Origin: Azolla caroliniana
Lineage: Eukaryota > Plantae > Polypodiophyta
Direction of reading: 5' to 3'
Length of the DNA: 64,000 nucleotides
NCBI GenBank assembly: GCA_043228905.1
Contig: JBHGNT010000004.1
Span: 9,424,001-9,488,000 of the forward strand
Every line of letters begins with the position of its first letter. Position 1 is the first letter of the stretch. The notes beneath the pieces were generated by a model. It was not told the DNA's origin, made no database searches, and saw only the letters and a list, made by a program, of their open reading frames with translations. Made by a program: the position numbers and the translations under genes. Shown here in pieces: positions 35,071 to 48,000 of this stretch.

Positions 35071-38000
35071 TGTTACAGGTTGGCAAGAAGGCTTAAGGAG
35101 GTCCAAATCAGAGTGTGAAAAGGAATAGTTATTCGGGAACTGTTGTAATTAGTAATCTTATTAATATATGAGAAGATGTGGACGCCGTCTCCGCCATCCA
35201 TCGCAGCTTGTCTTTTTCCTGCAGCACTTTCTCTTTTTCCTCCTTCAGCCGGTCGTAAGCATGATGTCCTTTACGCAGGTTTTCCTCTGCCCGGCGAAGG
35301 TTCTCAACAATCTTTTTTAATTCTTCTTCGGCCGCCTTCTTCAAGTCGCGTTCGCGGCTCCGTAATGCTTCTTGTGCGGCGAGCTCATCTCGTAATTCCG
35401 CAAGCTCGTGGGCTTGCGCCGCATCTTTCTCCGGGACAGTTTGTGTCTCCGGGGTCTTATTCCTCTGTACATCAACCGAAGTCACCGGTGCTTGGATTTG
35501 CGTTGCGGTTAAGGCCATTTTGGCCATATCTCCTGTGATCCGATCCAAGTCTTGTTCGAGGCACCGGATCCTTGACCGGGCCGTCTCTAGCTCATCGGTT
35601 GTGACAAGCAACCGTTCCGTTTGTGCTCTTTCCTCCGCCTCTATGCATCCGACTACTCCGACAATTTGTTCTCCTACCCACCGGAGCCATTGGCTGCCGG
35701 TGCACTGTTGTTGCGCTTGCACGGAGAGTTGGCTGATGGGTTCACTCACCGGTGGCTGGTCCCGCCTTACTACGTCGAGCTACGCTTCTGGTTCTGCCAG
35801 CTGACCACTTTGTCGTTCCAGCTCTGAGTGTGTTTCGGTTCGCCGCCCCTTGTCTGCTTGTTCTTAGTCGGCTGGGGCGGTTGGCCTTTGTATATCCGGC
35901 TCTTGAGTGACGGGGCTTGCAGGCGCTGCCTGTTGTGCTGGGACTTCTGTGACCAGTTCCATCCGAACTAGTTCCGGTGCCTCCCTTGGCGTGGGTTGCG
36001 TAGCGTGAGTTGCGGGTTTTCCATCCTTTTGTGGGTCCGAACGCTTCCCGGCTGATTCAGCGGTGCTCTTCACCGGCCGCCGCTGGAGGTGCTCCGTGGG
36101 TTCTTCCTCCATTTCTTCCGCCTGAGTCCCGTCATTCATTCTTGCCGCCAAGGTGTTTGTTTCCTGTTGCACCGGTCGGTGGAGTGGGCTCTTCAGGGGC
36201 CGTGCCAGTGTCTCCTCACTTGCATCCGTCGGCCACTTCCGCATGGCGCGTTCCTTTGCCGCCTTCTCTGCGTCGGCCGTCTTCCCCTTAGTGGCCTTGG
36301 AGGCCAACAGTTGTTGCCGTTTCGAAGCAGGTTTCGGGGTGTCGTCCGTTGCTCTTCCCCCTTCTTGGTTTGGACGGGCTCGACCGGTGGCGCCAGCAGG
36401 GTGAGCCATTGTGTCACCGCATGCCATATTTTCTGGCCTTCCTTGCCGTCCTTTCCTCTTACTATATCAATGGTCGTACACAGCCCATCGGCGATCAGCA
36501 CCGGCCAATCTACCTTGACCCCTTCGTACGTTGCGATGATCAAGCTTGCTCGGTTCTGAGGCATGACGGGGGGTCAAGGGTACACGTCGCCGAACTCATG
36601 GAGCACACGGGCAATTTCGCGGAATAGCATATCTTCGCCACCCTGTGTCCTGTAGCCCTTGCTGGCTAGAGAGTACTCACCGAAATATTTGATGAGTTGC
36701 TCGGAGGTAGGATTGTCGATCGTGTAGATGCCTCCCTCCGGAAGGCCTATTAACAATGTTCGATAAGCCCAAAGCGCACTGTGCAGCTTCGTATCCCAAT
36801 CCGTCCGGTTTTCGTTGAGGATTTTCCGGAGGATATTCTGGAGCGTTTTGTTCGTTGACTCAGCTAACCCGTTTTCTTGCGGATAGTACGGTGTGCTTCG
36901 TTTATGTACTACCGCATAGAACGTCGTCAAACTTTCTACCACTTGTCCAAGAAAGTGCCCTCCTTGGTCGCTTATCAGCTCTATGGGGCATCCGTACCAG
37001 CACCAAATGCATTCGTATAAGAATTTTGCCGTCGACGCCGCGGTGTTGTCTCGTAGGACTTTCGCTTCCACCCACTTAGTGCAGTAGTCCGTCGCGACGA
37101 TCACGTACCGGTTGCCGGTTCTCATTGCCGGTGGTTTAAATGGCCCGACAAAATCCAGCCCCCATTTCTGGAATGGTTCTAGTGGTAGGACCGGCTGGTG
37201 TGGCATCCGAGCTTGCTCCGTTGCATGGCCCATTCGTTGGCATAGATCACACTCTTTCGCGTATCGGACTGCATCTTTCAATGTGGTCGGCCACCATAGG
37301 CCACTTTGCCATACTTTCCTTGCCGTCACATCTCTGGCATAATGGTCTCTGGTGACTCCGCAGTGTGCTTCCCGTAGTATTACCTCCTTCTCGTCACTGC
37401 GCACAACTTGTCGCCATATACCGTCCGCACCCTTGTGGTATAGCGTGTCCTGTACTAAACAGAAGTGCCGACTTTGTACCGCCAAGCGTTTTCTCTCGTC
37501 CCGGTTCATCTCCTCCGGAGGCAATCCGGTACTCAGAAACTGGTGCATATTAGTTAGCCACTTATCTTCTTGTGCCACCGTTTCATCTGTTGCCGTTTCC
37601 GTGGTGACTCGAAAAAGCTCCGCATCCGGAAACTCGTCCGGTACTCCATCTCCCGTCTCCCCGGAATCTAACCGGCTTAGATAATTTGCCACCGCATGTT
37701 GTATGATAGGTCGGTGGAATATCTCGAATTCAAACTCCTGCAACAGCAAAGTCCACTGGATGATCCACTTGGAAGGAGAACTTTTTTCCCAATAAATAAT
37801 GCCTGAATTTTGTTACACTGTAGATCATTCCTAAAGCTTCCCTTTCCGTGGTAGAATAATTTCGTTCCGCTTGGGATAACTTCCGGCTGGCATAGTACAC
37901 TGGTCGGAACCACCTTGGCTCCGTAAGCTGCATGAACGCGCTGTCGATTGCGATGTCAGAGGCGTCCATGAACACATGAAACTCTTTACTCCAATCCAAA

Positions 38001-41000
38001 GGCTGCACTACTGATGCTTGTGACAATAACACCTTTAGTGCCTTGTACGCCTTGTCTTCGATGTTGGTCCATTGGAACGGTGTTCGATGTACTGCCGTAT
38101 GCAGAGGTGTAGCCAGGTCTGCCAAATATCGGAGCATACGGCTATGCCAGCAGATTTGTCCTAGGAAACGGCTCAATGCCTTTTGCCGTTGCCGGTGCCG
38201 GTGCTTCCCAGATTGCTTTCACTTTGTCCGGATCTATGGCAATGCCTTCCTTGCTTACTATATGCCCTAGTAGCGTTCCGATGGACACTCCAAATACACT
38301 CTTCGTCGGATTCAGGTTTAGCCGGTACGCCCTACACTTCTCCAGACATAGTCTAAGGTGCTGCAAATGGTCTTCTTCTCGGCTATAGACGGCGAAGTCG
38401 TCAAGGAATACCTGCATAAAAGATGGTATGTATTCGCCAAAGATCTCCATGATGATCCCTTGGAATGTTGCTGGTGCCGTTTTCAGACCGAACATCATCA
38501 CCACGGCAACAAACACTCCCCATTCGGTGACGAAAGCCGTTTTCTCTTGATGATCAGGATGCATCCGGATCTGATTATACCCGCTGAATCCGTCTAAGAA
38601 ACTGTAGACTTCATGGCCAGCGACGACATCCAAAACCCCATCCATAAACGGAAGTGGAAATGCATCCGTTACCGTTGCCGCATTGAGCTTCCGGTAGTCG
38701 ACACAAACTCTAATTTTGTCGTTCTTCTTTGGTACGACTACAATCGGGCTCAACCATGTAGATTTCTTTACGGAACGGATGAAGCCAACCCTAAGCAATT
38801 TGTTGATTTCCTCCTTGGCTTTGGTGGCGTAGTTTGGGTTCATCCGGTACCGACGTTGTGCTACCGGCTTAGCGTCTTTGCTCAGGTGTATCTGGTGTTG
38901 ATACAACTGAGGATCCAGCCCTCTCATATCCTCGTAAGACCAGGCAAATACATCGCGAAACTCGTTGAGGAGTGTAATTATCGCCATTTTGTTCTTTGCA
39001 TTCATTTCTTTGGCGACGTGCACTAGTTTTGCCTCCTCCGCCGTACCTAGATTTACCTCTTCCAATTGAGATGCTTTTACACGCTGTGATACGGCCATTT
39101 CTCTTTCCAATGCCTCCTGCGGTTGCCGTAACTCCCGGATTGCTTCTTTATCCGGTTCCGCTTCGATTCCGTCCGGTTGCAGTAAGTAAGGTGATACCGC
39201 TTCGGCAATGTCAATTTTGAATAGGGGTACAATCTTCGGGTTCTCCTTCAAGTACTGATCTTCTTCTTCATCTGCGAATCCTTCCAGCATATTGATGCAC
39301 TCCGCATATAACGGTGTCAGATCCTTGCCAGTGTCCTTCCTTGGTTGTGTTGGTACCCATACCTTCGCTTTTCCTCGCCGGAACGTGATCATATTCCTCC
39401 TCCAATTCTGCTTGATGTGTGTCGTCTTTAACCAAGGGCGTCCCAACAATAATGGGTACGCTCCTTGAGCCTGCAACTGGAGAACTACGGCTGAGATTCG
39501 GAATGTGTGGCCCCCGATGGTTACTTCTAAGTCCCGTATTAATCCTGTCAGTCGCACCGAGCTTGTGTCCGCCATTCGGAGCCAGAACGGACATGGCTCC
39601 CACTCTTGGATTCCAAGAGCATCGCACGTCCGGAGGCTTATTACATTAACGTCGGAGCCTCCGTCTATTATCATGCTGGGGAGTTCTTTCCCTTTCACAA
39701 TGGCAGTATTTGCCGGACTGTTGGTGTCCACCACCGTCGGTCCCTCCTCCAGATTTGAGAAGAATGCCAAAGCCGGTGGTGTTCCGCCTGTCGCCGTGTC
39801 GGACTTGAGTCCTTCTGTGAATCTTGGTACCGTCCATTGTAATCTCGGTACCTGTCATATCTCTTGTACCGATCATAGTTGTCTCGCCGATCGTCATACC
39901 GGACATCCTGTGCCGGTCGATACCGCTCCTCTCGTCGCTAGCGTTCGTCTTCCTCATCTTGGTTGCTGCGTGGCTCGATTTGTCGGACTGGTGGAGCTTG
40001 CCGATTCAATAAGTTATATTCGCACCGATCCATCGTGTGGCTCGTGGAGTGGCAGAGTAAGTAGTGCATCTGCATGGTGCACTCCAGTGACGAGTGTCCG
40101 GAATTCAAGCAGGTCGTGCATTGGATTGCTTGCCAGAAGCGGAGATCCTCATCGGTTGGTAACGCTCGTTGGAGAGCTCCCATTGTTAGCCAAGAGCTCG
40201 TTTTTTCCATTTCTCTAACCCGGCCGATGACCTGGTCGACGGTGCTTGTGCGAAAGTCAATGACCGTGCATACTGTTCGGAGAGGTTCCCGGAGGGCGGC
40301 TAAAAATATAGCCCGCGTTTCTTCCTCCAGAGGTGCGTGGGTAACCTGGCTGTGCATCCATTGAAACTGGATGACAAACTGCGGGATGCTCTCCCAGGGT
40401 CCTACCGGATGGTATAAAATAAGCCCACCATTTCTCGTTGGTCCACCTCCTCCTGGAAGAAGTGCAAGAATTTGTCTTTCAGGTCTGCAAAGGTGGTGAT
40501 GGTGCTGCGATCCTGCGTCCGGTGCCATCTGGCGGCCGATCCTTCCAATGTCACACCGAATTCGGCTATCTTAGATCGTTCCTCTTCTACCGCAGTTAAC
40601 CGTTGTGACACATGGTTAACCTCCCATGTTTGTTGGAATGCGTGAACATGAGCCTCCGCGTCTGGATCATCCCTATACTTGGAGTACTGGAACGACATGT
40701 TGTCGTCCGGTGTCGGTACGCGGGCTGGCGGTGTTGGTGGTCTTTCCTGTTGTTCCGTCAGCGTGGGAGGTCTTTGCCGGTTTTCCTTTGGTGTTGCCGG
40801 CTCGACTTCCGGTGTTGGAGGTTTTTGCCGGTCTTCCTCCGTCTCCGGAGGTTGCTCCACGTCTAGTGTCGGAGGTTCCTAATCTGCCAACTCTGGTTCC
40901 GGTGTCGGTATTGTATCCAAATCCGGTGTCGTCTGGTCCTCCCAGGGTGTTGTTACTGCTGCGATAGTTCGTGTGCGTGCTGTAACCCCCTTCCGAATCT

Positions 41001-41791
41001 GATTCCAGCGCTGAAAACGCTTCGGATTCGCCGTCTCTTCCGGCCAAGGCCTGCAGAAGGGATTCCGCTTCCCGGAGGCTGCTTAAGCTGCTTCCTTCGT
41101 CCGGGTAGGCGTTTTGTTGTAGACGGAGCGACTCCTCTGCCACTTTCCGGATCACTTTGGAAAATGATCGATCCATTCGGATTTCTTCCTCTGCTTGTTG
41201 GAAAGCCTCTCGCCACCTTCTCCGTTCAACAAGTCTTCGTGCTCTCTCCGTAACCGGGTCGTCTGTTGGCCTCGTCATCCATTCCCGTCATTGTTCATTG
41301 CAATTGTGCAGGAATCGTGGTTGCCAAAAACTGTGTTAATCCGAGGGCAGGACAACAGCCTAACACAGGGTGTCCACTTAAGACACTTCACCAAAGGGTG
41401 GTACGGTAGAATGACTTACGGCACAACGTTTAATTAGACCTTAATTGGCTACTTAGCAATCCATAAATAACACGCGTAAGATATAACAATGAATACAAAA
41501 CAATAATCAACACTGGAAGATTAAGACAATAAGCTCTATTAATTATCCGCTTCTGATTACATTATAACCGGGCCTTTATATAGGTCTCCGGTGCGAAATA
41601 CAAAACGGTGCCAATCGGCACCTTTACGGGATCGGTCCGGATCCGGATCCGGATCGGCATACCGATTCCGGTCCGTCCATCCACATCTTCTCATGTATTA
41701 ATAAGATTACTAATTACAACAGTTCCCGAATAACTATTCCTTTTCACACTCTGATTTGGACCTCCTGAAGCCTTCTTGCCAGCTGGTAACA
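35071..41791 (-). mobile_element. Athila/Tat-like Gypsy element G bounded by ~110-bp inverted repeats
   Basis: 5' LTR ~41332-41791, gag with two Zn knuckles, PR-RT 38142-39770, RH 37730-38176, INT 36745-37749, extra ORF 35185-36740. 35071-35181 is the reverse complement of 41681-41791. Flanks GTTCA/GTTCG split J gag MASS|LPTDKLD. Confidence 0.9.
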
Positions 41792-44394
41792 GTTCGCTTC
41801 CAACTGACAAACTCGACAGAAGTAACTATGCATCTTGGTCGTACAAGATGCACCAGTACCTGCTCGGACATGGATACTGGAGCTATGTCGATGGAGCGAA
41901 TGATGTAGCACCCGAATCAACACAGAGAGACTTCCCAGCCTGGGAACAGTTGGCGAGCGGAGCTCTCTACTGTTTCGCGTCCTATGTGAGCGAACAACTC
42001 TTGAGCTACATTGAGGATGCAAGAATGCCGAAGGATGCTTGGGGAAATCTGAAAAAGATTTTCGTCGCAAGCACCACAGCAAGGAAACTCTAATTCCGAT
42101 AGGAGTTGAGCAATGTGCGTCAACGTGACATGACGGTGGCTGACTACACCTCCAAGATGAAGGATATCTGTGACTCCCTTGCCTCCATCAATGTGAACGT
42201 TGAGGGCGAAATGGTGCAGATCTGCCTCCGAGGATTGGTGTCGATGTTCGGAGCATTCTGAACTGCTGTTTGTACAAGGGAGAATACGCCGTTGTTTTTT
42301 GACTTGTAGTCGATGCTTCTTGTAGAGGAGAATCACACGGGTGTGTCGACAAGTGTGCACGCCGATAGCAAGATGTTGTACACGGAGGGAGATAGGCCCC
42401 ATGGTCGTGATGGACAAAGCAAATCGGCGTGCAATGGAGGCGGTCGATGGGTGCAAGGAAGAAGGCATCGTGGTGATGTCGACAGCAATTCCAGACCCTC
42501 CAGAAGCAGGGGGAGTCGAGGAGGCGACGAGAACCGACAAGGGAAACACGTCGCGGAATTTTGGTATTGTGGCAAGAAAGGCCACAAGGAGAGTGAGTGT
42601 TGGAAGAAGCGAGCCGATTAAGAGAAAACTGGATCCAAATCCAGACGGACCGAACAAGGAAATCGGCAGCGGACGCACTACGTTGAAGGATCCGAAGAAG
42701 TCAGAAAGGGGGCAGCCTTCGTGACAAGACATGAAGCGAACTCGATGAAGAAGACCACCCCGGAATCAGACGAAGTGTGGTACGTTGACTCTGGAGTGTC
42801 AAACCGGAACAACCGAGAGTAGTCACAACAGGACACGACACTCCGCATCCGATTGTACATGTCAGTGAAGTTCCCCTCAGCCACGTCAGTCAAAAAGGGA
42901 TGCTAATGAACGTGTTATACGTCCCGACAATTACGAAGAATCTGGTGTCGGTCGGACAGATCGTCGACCAGGGGATGGAAGTCTGGTTCACGCATCTCAG
43001 GTGCTTCATCAAGGAAGAAGGCCAAGTTATTGCACGAGGGTGTAGAGATGGGAAGATGTTCATCCTTGACACCAATGACGTAGGCACCGCCATGTTCGCA
43101 AAAGTGCGAAAAGTCGAGTTGGATATCGACTTGTGGCATAAACGGATAGGCCACGTCAACTATCAAAGGCTTCAGGACCTACAATCAAAACAAGTTCTGT
43201 TTGGATTGCCGAAATTCAGTGGTCGAAAGGCCCAAATTTGTGAAGCCTCCCAGTTAGGGAAGCAACACCGAATTCCTTTCCCCAACGAGGGTAATCGGAG
43301 CCGAAATAAGCTCGACTTGATACACTCAGATGTATGGGGACCCGCACAGAACGTGAGTCTTGGTAGGAGGCGATATTTCGTCTGCTTCATCGACGACTAC
43401 ACCCGGCACACATGGATCTACCTCATCAAAAAGAAGAGTGAAGTCTTCTACTGTTTCCGGAACCTCAAAAATCTTGTCGAAAAGGAAATAGGGAGGAAGA
43501 TCAAGTGCCTGCAGTGTGATGGAGGAAAAGAGTACTTTTTTGGCCAATTCAACAGTTATCTACAACAAATGGGAATTCGGCGTGAATTCAGTTGCAGGTA
43601 TATGCCGGAGCAAAACGGCGTAGCTGAAAGGAAGAATCGGTCGGTTCTGGAAGCGGCGCGGCCAATGCTGGAAGAAAAGAGCATGCCCAAGTTCTATTGG
43701 GCCGAAGCAGTCCGAACTGTGATCTACATCCAAAATCGGATTGGCAAAAAAGTGTCAGCACATGAGCTGTATTTCGGAAGGAAGCCGAATCTACGTCATT
43801 TGAGGGTTTTCGGTAGCATCGCGTATGTGCATGTGCCAAAGGAGAAGTGGAGGAAACTAGACGCGAAAGCCAAGAAGTGTATCTTGGTCGGCTATTCGGA
43901 TGAAAAAAAGGGTTAGAAGTGTTATAACCCCCGAACCAAACAAGCTCACGTAAGTCGCGATGTCGTATTCGATGAGTCTGCGTCTTGGTACTTGTCTCCA
44001 ACTCCAGACCTCAACTACAATCCGAGTTCTGAAGATGAGGTCAGCAAGGCGAAGATGCCTCCTGATGAACGCGAAGTCAGAACTCTTGAAGAGAGTCCGA
44101 TCTCCTTTTGGCTAAATGGATCGAATAAGTGACTAAGTCGGCGAGTAGTGGAGACTCGGCCGTGCATTTCCTGCACAGGAAGCCGTAGAGACGACTTACA
44201 CACAAAGAAAAGGGAAAGAAGAAGATGTCGGAGTACGACACGGATAGGGACGAGTCGGATCGACATGAATCCGACTCCGAGAAGAGCGATGACGTGCCTT
44301 CAAGATTGACGCCCGCGTCGACCAATATTGCCTCAACATCGTCTAATGAACAATTACACTGATCTATCTAATAGAAGAACCCTGGTGTGCGGTT

Positions 44395-45000
44395 TGTTGG
44401 GATTACGGTCCCTTCGGATGGGATGGTCGGATATCGGAGATGAATGCCGACAAGCCCGGTTTCGGTTTCGGATCCGGATGACGAAGACCCCGGCTTCGGT
44501 ACCGGATGACGAATGTACCCGGAGAGCAATCCGGATGCAGGGACATATCCGTGAATATGTTCGCTACGAGCCCCCTGAGGCTATAGTTGTAAATAGCCCA
44601 AAGTCATATAAGTATAAATATGACTTAGGGCAAACAGTTTTCCTGTTGCTCATTATTTTTCTGTTTTTCCACTCAAGAGGAGTGAAGAGGGAGCAGCCGT
44701 GAGAGAGAGAGAGAGATAGAGCGCGAGAGAGGAAGAGGTAGACGCCTCTGTGTATTTCCGCCGCCTGTGGCGAGGACAGCGAGCTCAAGGTCGTCGCCTT
44801 GGAGCTCGTCATTGTATATTTCTCTGTGCATAGTTTGGTTCGGAGTCTCGCACTCCCGTGGTTTTTCCCGTATAGGGTTTTCCACGTTAATCCCTGTGTA
44901 TCGCGTCTTTCTCTGTATTTCCTATCTTCTGCTACATTGATCCGCGATTAATCGGTTGTGGCCGAGTGGTGAAGGTGAATCCAAGCGTTGATTCCCAACA
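44395..45000 (+). repeat. 5' LTR of K
   Basis: tgttggga...tcccaaca; identical to the 3' LTR except C44926/T49648 by manual comparison. Confidence 0.98.
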
Positions 45001-45029
45001 AACTGGTATCAGAGCGACTGTTGCAGAAA

Positions 45030-48000
45030 ATGGAAGGCGGCGGCAGCGGGCAGCCGACGATGATGGTGCTGAATGCACAGAATTACGCCGACTGGAAGAT
45101 CAAGATGGAGGATCTTCTGATTGTTCGGGACCTGTACGAACCGATTGACAGGTCGGAAATACCGAAAGGGGTACTTGAGTCGGAGTGGAAGCTCCTGAAC
45201 CGGAAAGCCGTAGCGACGATCCGACAATACGTCGATGTAAGCGTCCTACAACATGTGGCGAACGACACCAACGCATACGAGATGTGGAAGAAGCTGTCGG
45301 GCCTCTATGAGAGGAAGAATGCGTTGAACCGGACCTCCCTGATGAGGAAGATAGTGAATCTCAAGTACCGGGACGGCGAGAGTATGGTGGAACACGTAAG
45401 CACGTTCATGGGATTCGTGAATCAGCTTGCGGCGATCAAGTTCCCGTTGGAGGATGCAATGCAAGCCATCATCCTGATGTGTACATTGCCGGAAAGCTGG
45501 GAGAACTTGGTGGTGACTCTCAGCACCTCGTGCACCGAAGATAACTTGTCCTTACAAACGGTAAAGACAAGTATTCTGAATGAAGAAGCGCGTCGGAGAG
45601 ATAAGGAACCGGCCTCCGACCCGAAGATGCTGTTTACCGAATCGGATCGGGGAAGACAATGGAACCGGAGTCCGCAAAGACGGGAGAAGTCGGGGACCCG
45701 GTCGCAGTCAAGAGGAAGGCCAACATGCTTCCACTGTGGGAAGCCGGGGCACTTCCGGAAGAACTGTCGGCATTACCGAAAAGACAACGGAGCCGACGAC
45801 ACCGACTCGAAGAAGTCACCGGAGAGAAACGGTGCATACCGGGGAGCCACGGACCGGAGAGGTTCGGATCGGCGAGGGCAGGACCGGAAAGGAACAACGG
45901 CACTCGCGGCAAGTGAGGAAGAAATCATGCTCATCACCGAAGAAGGTGAGCTAAATGTTGCCGGCGATGAGACGACTTGGGTGGTCGATTCCGGAGCATC
46001 GTTCCACCTGACCCCGGAGAGAAGATACTTCTCATCCTACACAGCCGGTGAGCATGGCTGTGTTCGGATGGGAAATGAAGGTACGTGCCGGATTGCCGGC
46101 ATAGGAGACGTGTGGTTGACAACCCCGACCGGATGCAAAATGCTGCTGAAGGATGTCCGACATGTTCCGGAGGTTCGACTGAACCTGATTTCGGCCGGGA
46201 GGCTAGACGATGAAGGCTACACAGGTAGCATCCGGAACGGTGTCATGAAGTTCAGCAAAGGGAGCTTGATAGTGGCTCGGGCCCGGAAGGTCAACACACT
46301 GTACCTGATGAATGCCCGGTTATGTCCGGAAGAGCTGAATGTGGCAGCCGACACTGCCGGTGAGCTGTGGCACAAAAGACTGTGCCACATGAGTGAGAAG
46401 GGGATGAAGAGGCTTGCAGAAGACAACCTCATCCCAGTGAAGCACGTGCACCTGGAGAAGTGCACCGATTGCCTGGCCGGTAAGCAGAACCGAACCTCCT
46501 TCCACTCAAGGCCACCGACGAGACGTAGCGCACCATTGGAGTTGGTGCACACTGACGTGTGTCAGGTAGAGACGAAGTCACATGGCGGAGCCCAGTACTT
46601 CGTAACATTCATCGATGATCATAGCCGAAAACTGTGGACGGCACCGATGAAGACAAAGGACCAAGTGTTGTCCGTCTTCAAAGAACTCCATGCGAGAGTG
46701 GAAAGAGAATCCGGCAAGAAGCTGAAAGCGATACGAGCGGATAACGGAGGGGAATACCGAGGGCAGTTCCAGGAGTACTGTCGCTCGAAGGGAATCCGAC
46801 TCGAGTTTACTGTGCCGAAGACGCCGGAACTGAACGGGCTGGCCGAGAGGATGAACCGGACCATAATGGAGCGGGTCCGGAGTATGCTGGCGCATGCGAA
46901 ATTACCCAAGGGGTTTTGGGCTGAGGCAATGTCGACGGCGACATATGTGATAAACAGATCACCCTCAGTTCCTTTGGACGGAGACACGCCGCAGAGAGTG
47001 TGGACCGGTAAGGAAGTGTCCTACCGGCATCTGAAGGTGTTCGGGTGTCTCGCATACGTGCATGTGGCAAAGGACCGGAGAGGAAAGCTAGATCCTAAGA
47101 CCCGGCCATGCATATTCCTCGGTTACGGCGACGACGAGTTCGGCTACCGAGTATGGGACCCGGTCGACAAGAAGATATTCAGGAGTCGTGATATCATCTT
47201 CATGGAGAACAAGACGCTCGCCGACTGGGAGTCGGAGAAGAAGATGAAGAGCTCCAAGTCGATCGGTGAGGATCAACTCTACGAGGAGCAGTCCCGACCG
47301 GCAAGGGACCGGTTAGCACTCGAGGATCCGGCCGAAGACGGTGAAGAAACAGAACCGGCCGAAGAAGATGAAAATGATACCGGAACTGGCCCCGATCCCG
47401 AAATGGATTCGGATGAAGAAGAAGAATCGGAAGAACCGGTTACCGAAGCTCCGGAACGGAGATACCCTCTAAGAGAGAGAAGGGCCCCCCGGAGATTTCC
47501 GGAACCAGAGCACGTGTTGCTAACCGACGAGGGGGAGCCGGAGAGCTTTGAAGAAGCAAAGCATGACACCCAGAGCCGCAGGTGGTTGAGTGCCATGCAG
47601 GACGAGATGGATTCCCTGCATGAGAACCACACATATGAACTTGTGGAGTTGCCGAAAGGAAAGCGGGCACTGCGAAACAAGTGGGTGTTCAAGCTGAAAC
47701 CGGGAGATGCCGGAAACCCCCCGAGATACAAAGCCAGGATCGTGGTGAAGGGGTTTCAGCAGAAGAAGGGCGTCGACTTCGACGAGATATTTGCCCCGGT
47801 AGTGAAGATGACCTCCATCCGGACGGTGCTGAGCATAGCGGCAAGCATGGACCTCGAGGTAGAACAGATGGACGTGAAGACGGCATTCCTTCACGGTGAC
47901 CTCGAAGAAGAGATCTACATGCAGCAACCGGAAGGATTCGAGAAGAAAGGGAAGGAGCACCTGGTATGCCGGTTGAAGAAGAGCCTTTACGGACTGAAGC

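Noticed and set aside
41629-41672. GGATCC/CCGG palindromic microrepeat in LTR G
   Set aside because: Short low-complexity repeat with no second copy to test conservation.
44988-45029. ORF-track start of the 1372-aa polyprotein
   Set aside because: It begins at a TTG inside the LTR; the first ATG after the PBS is at 45030.
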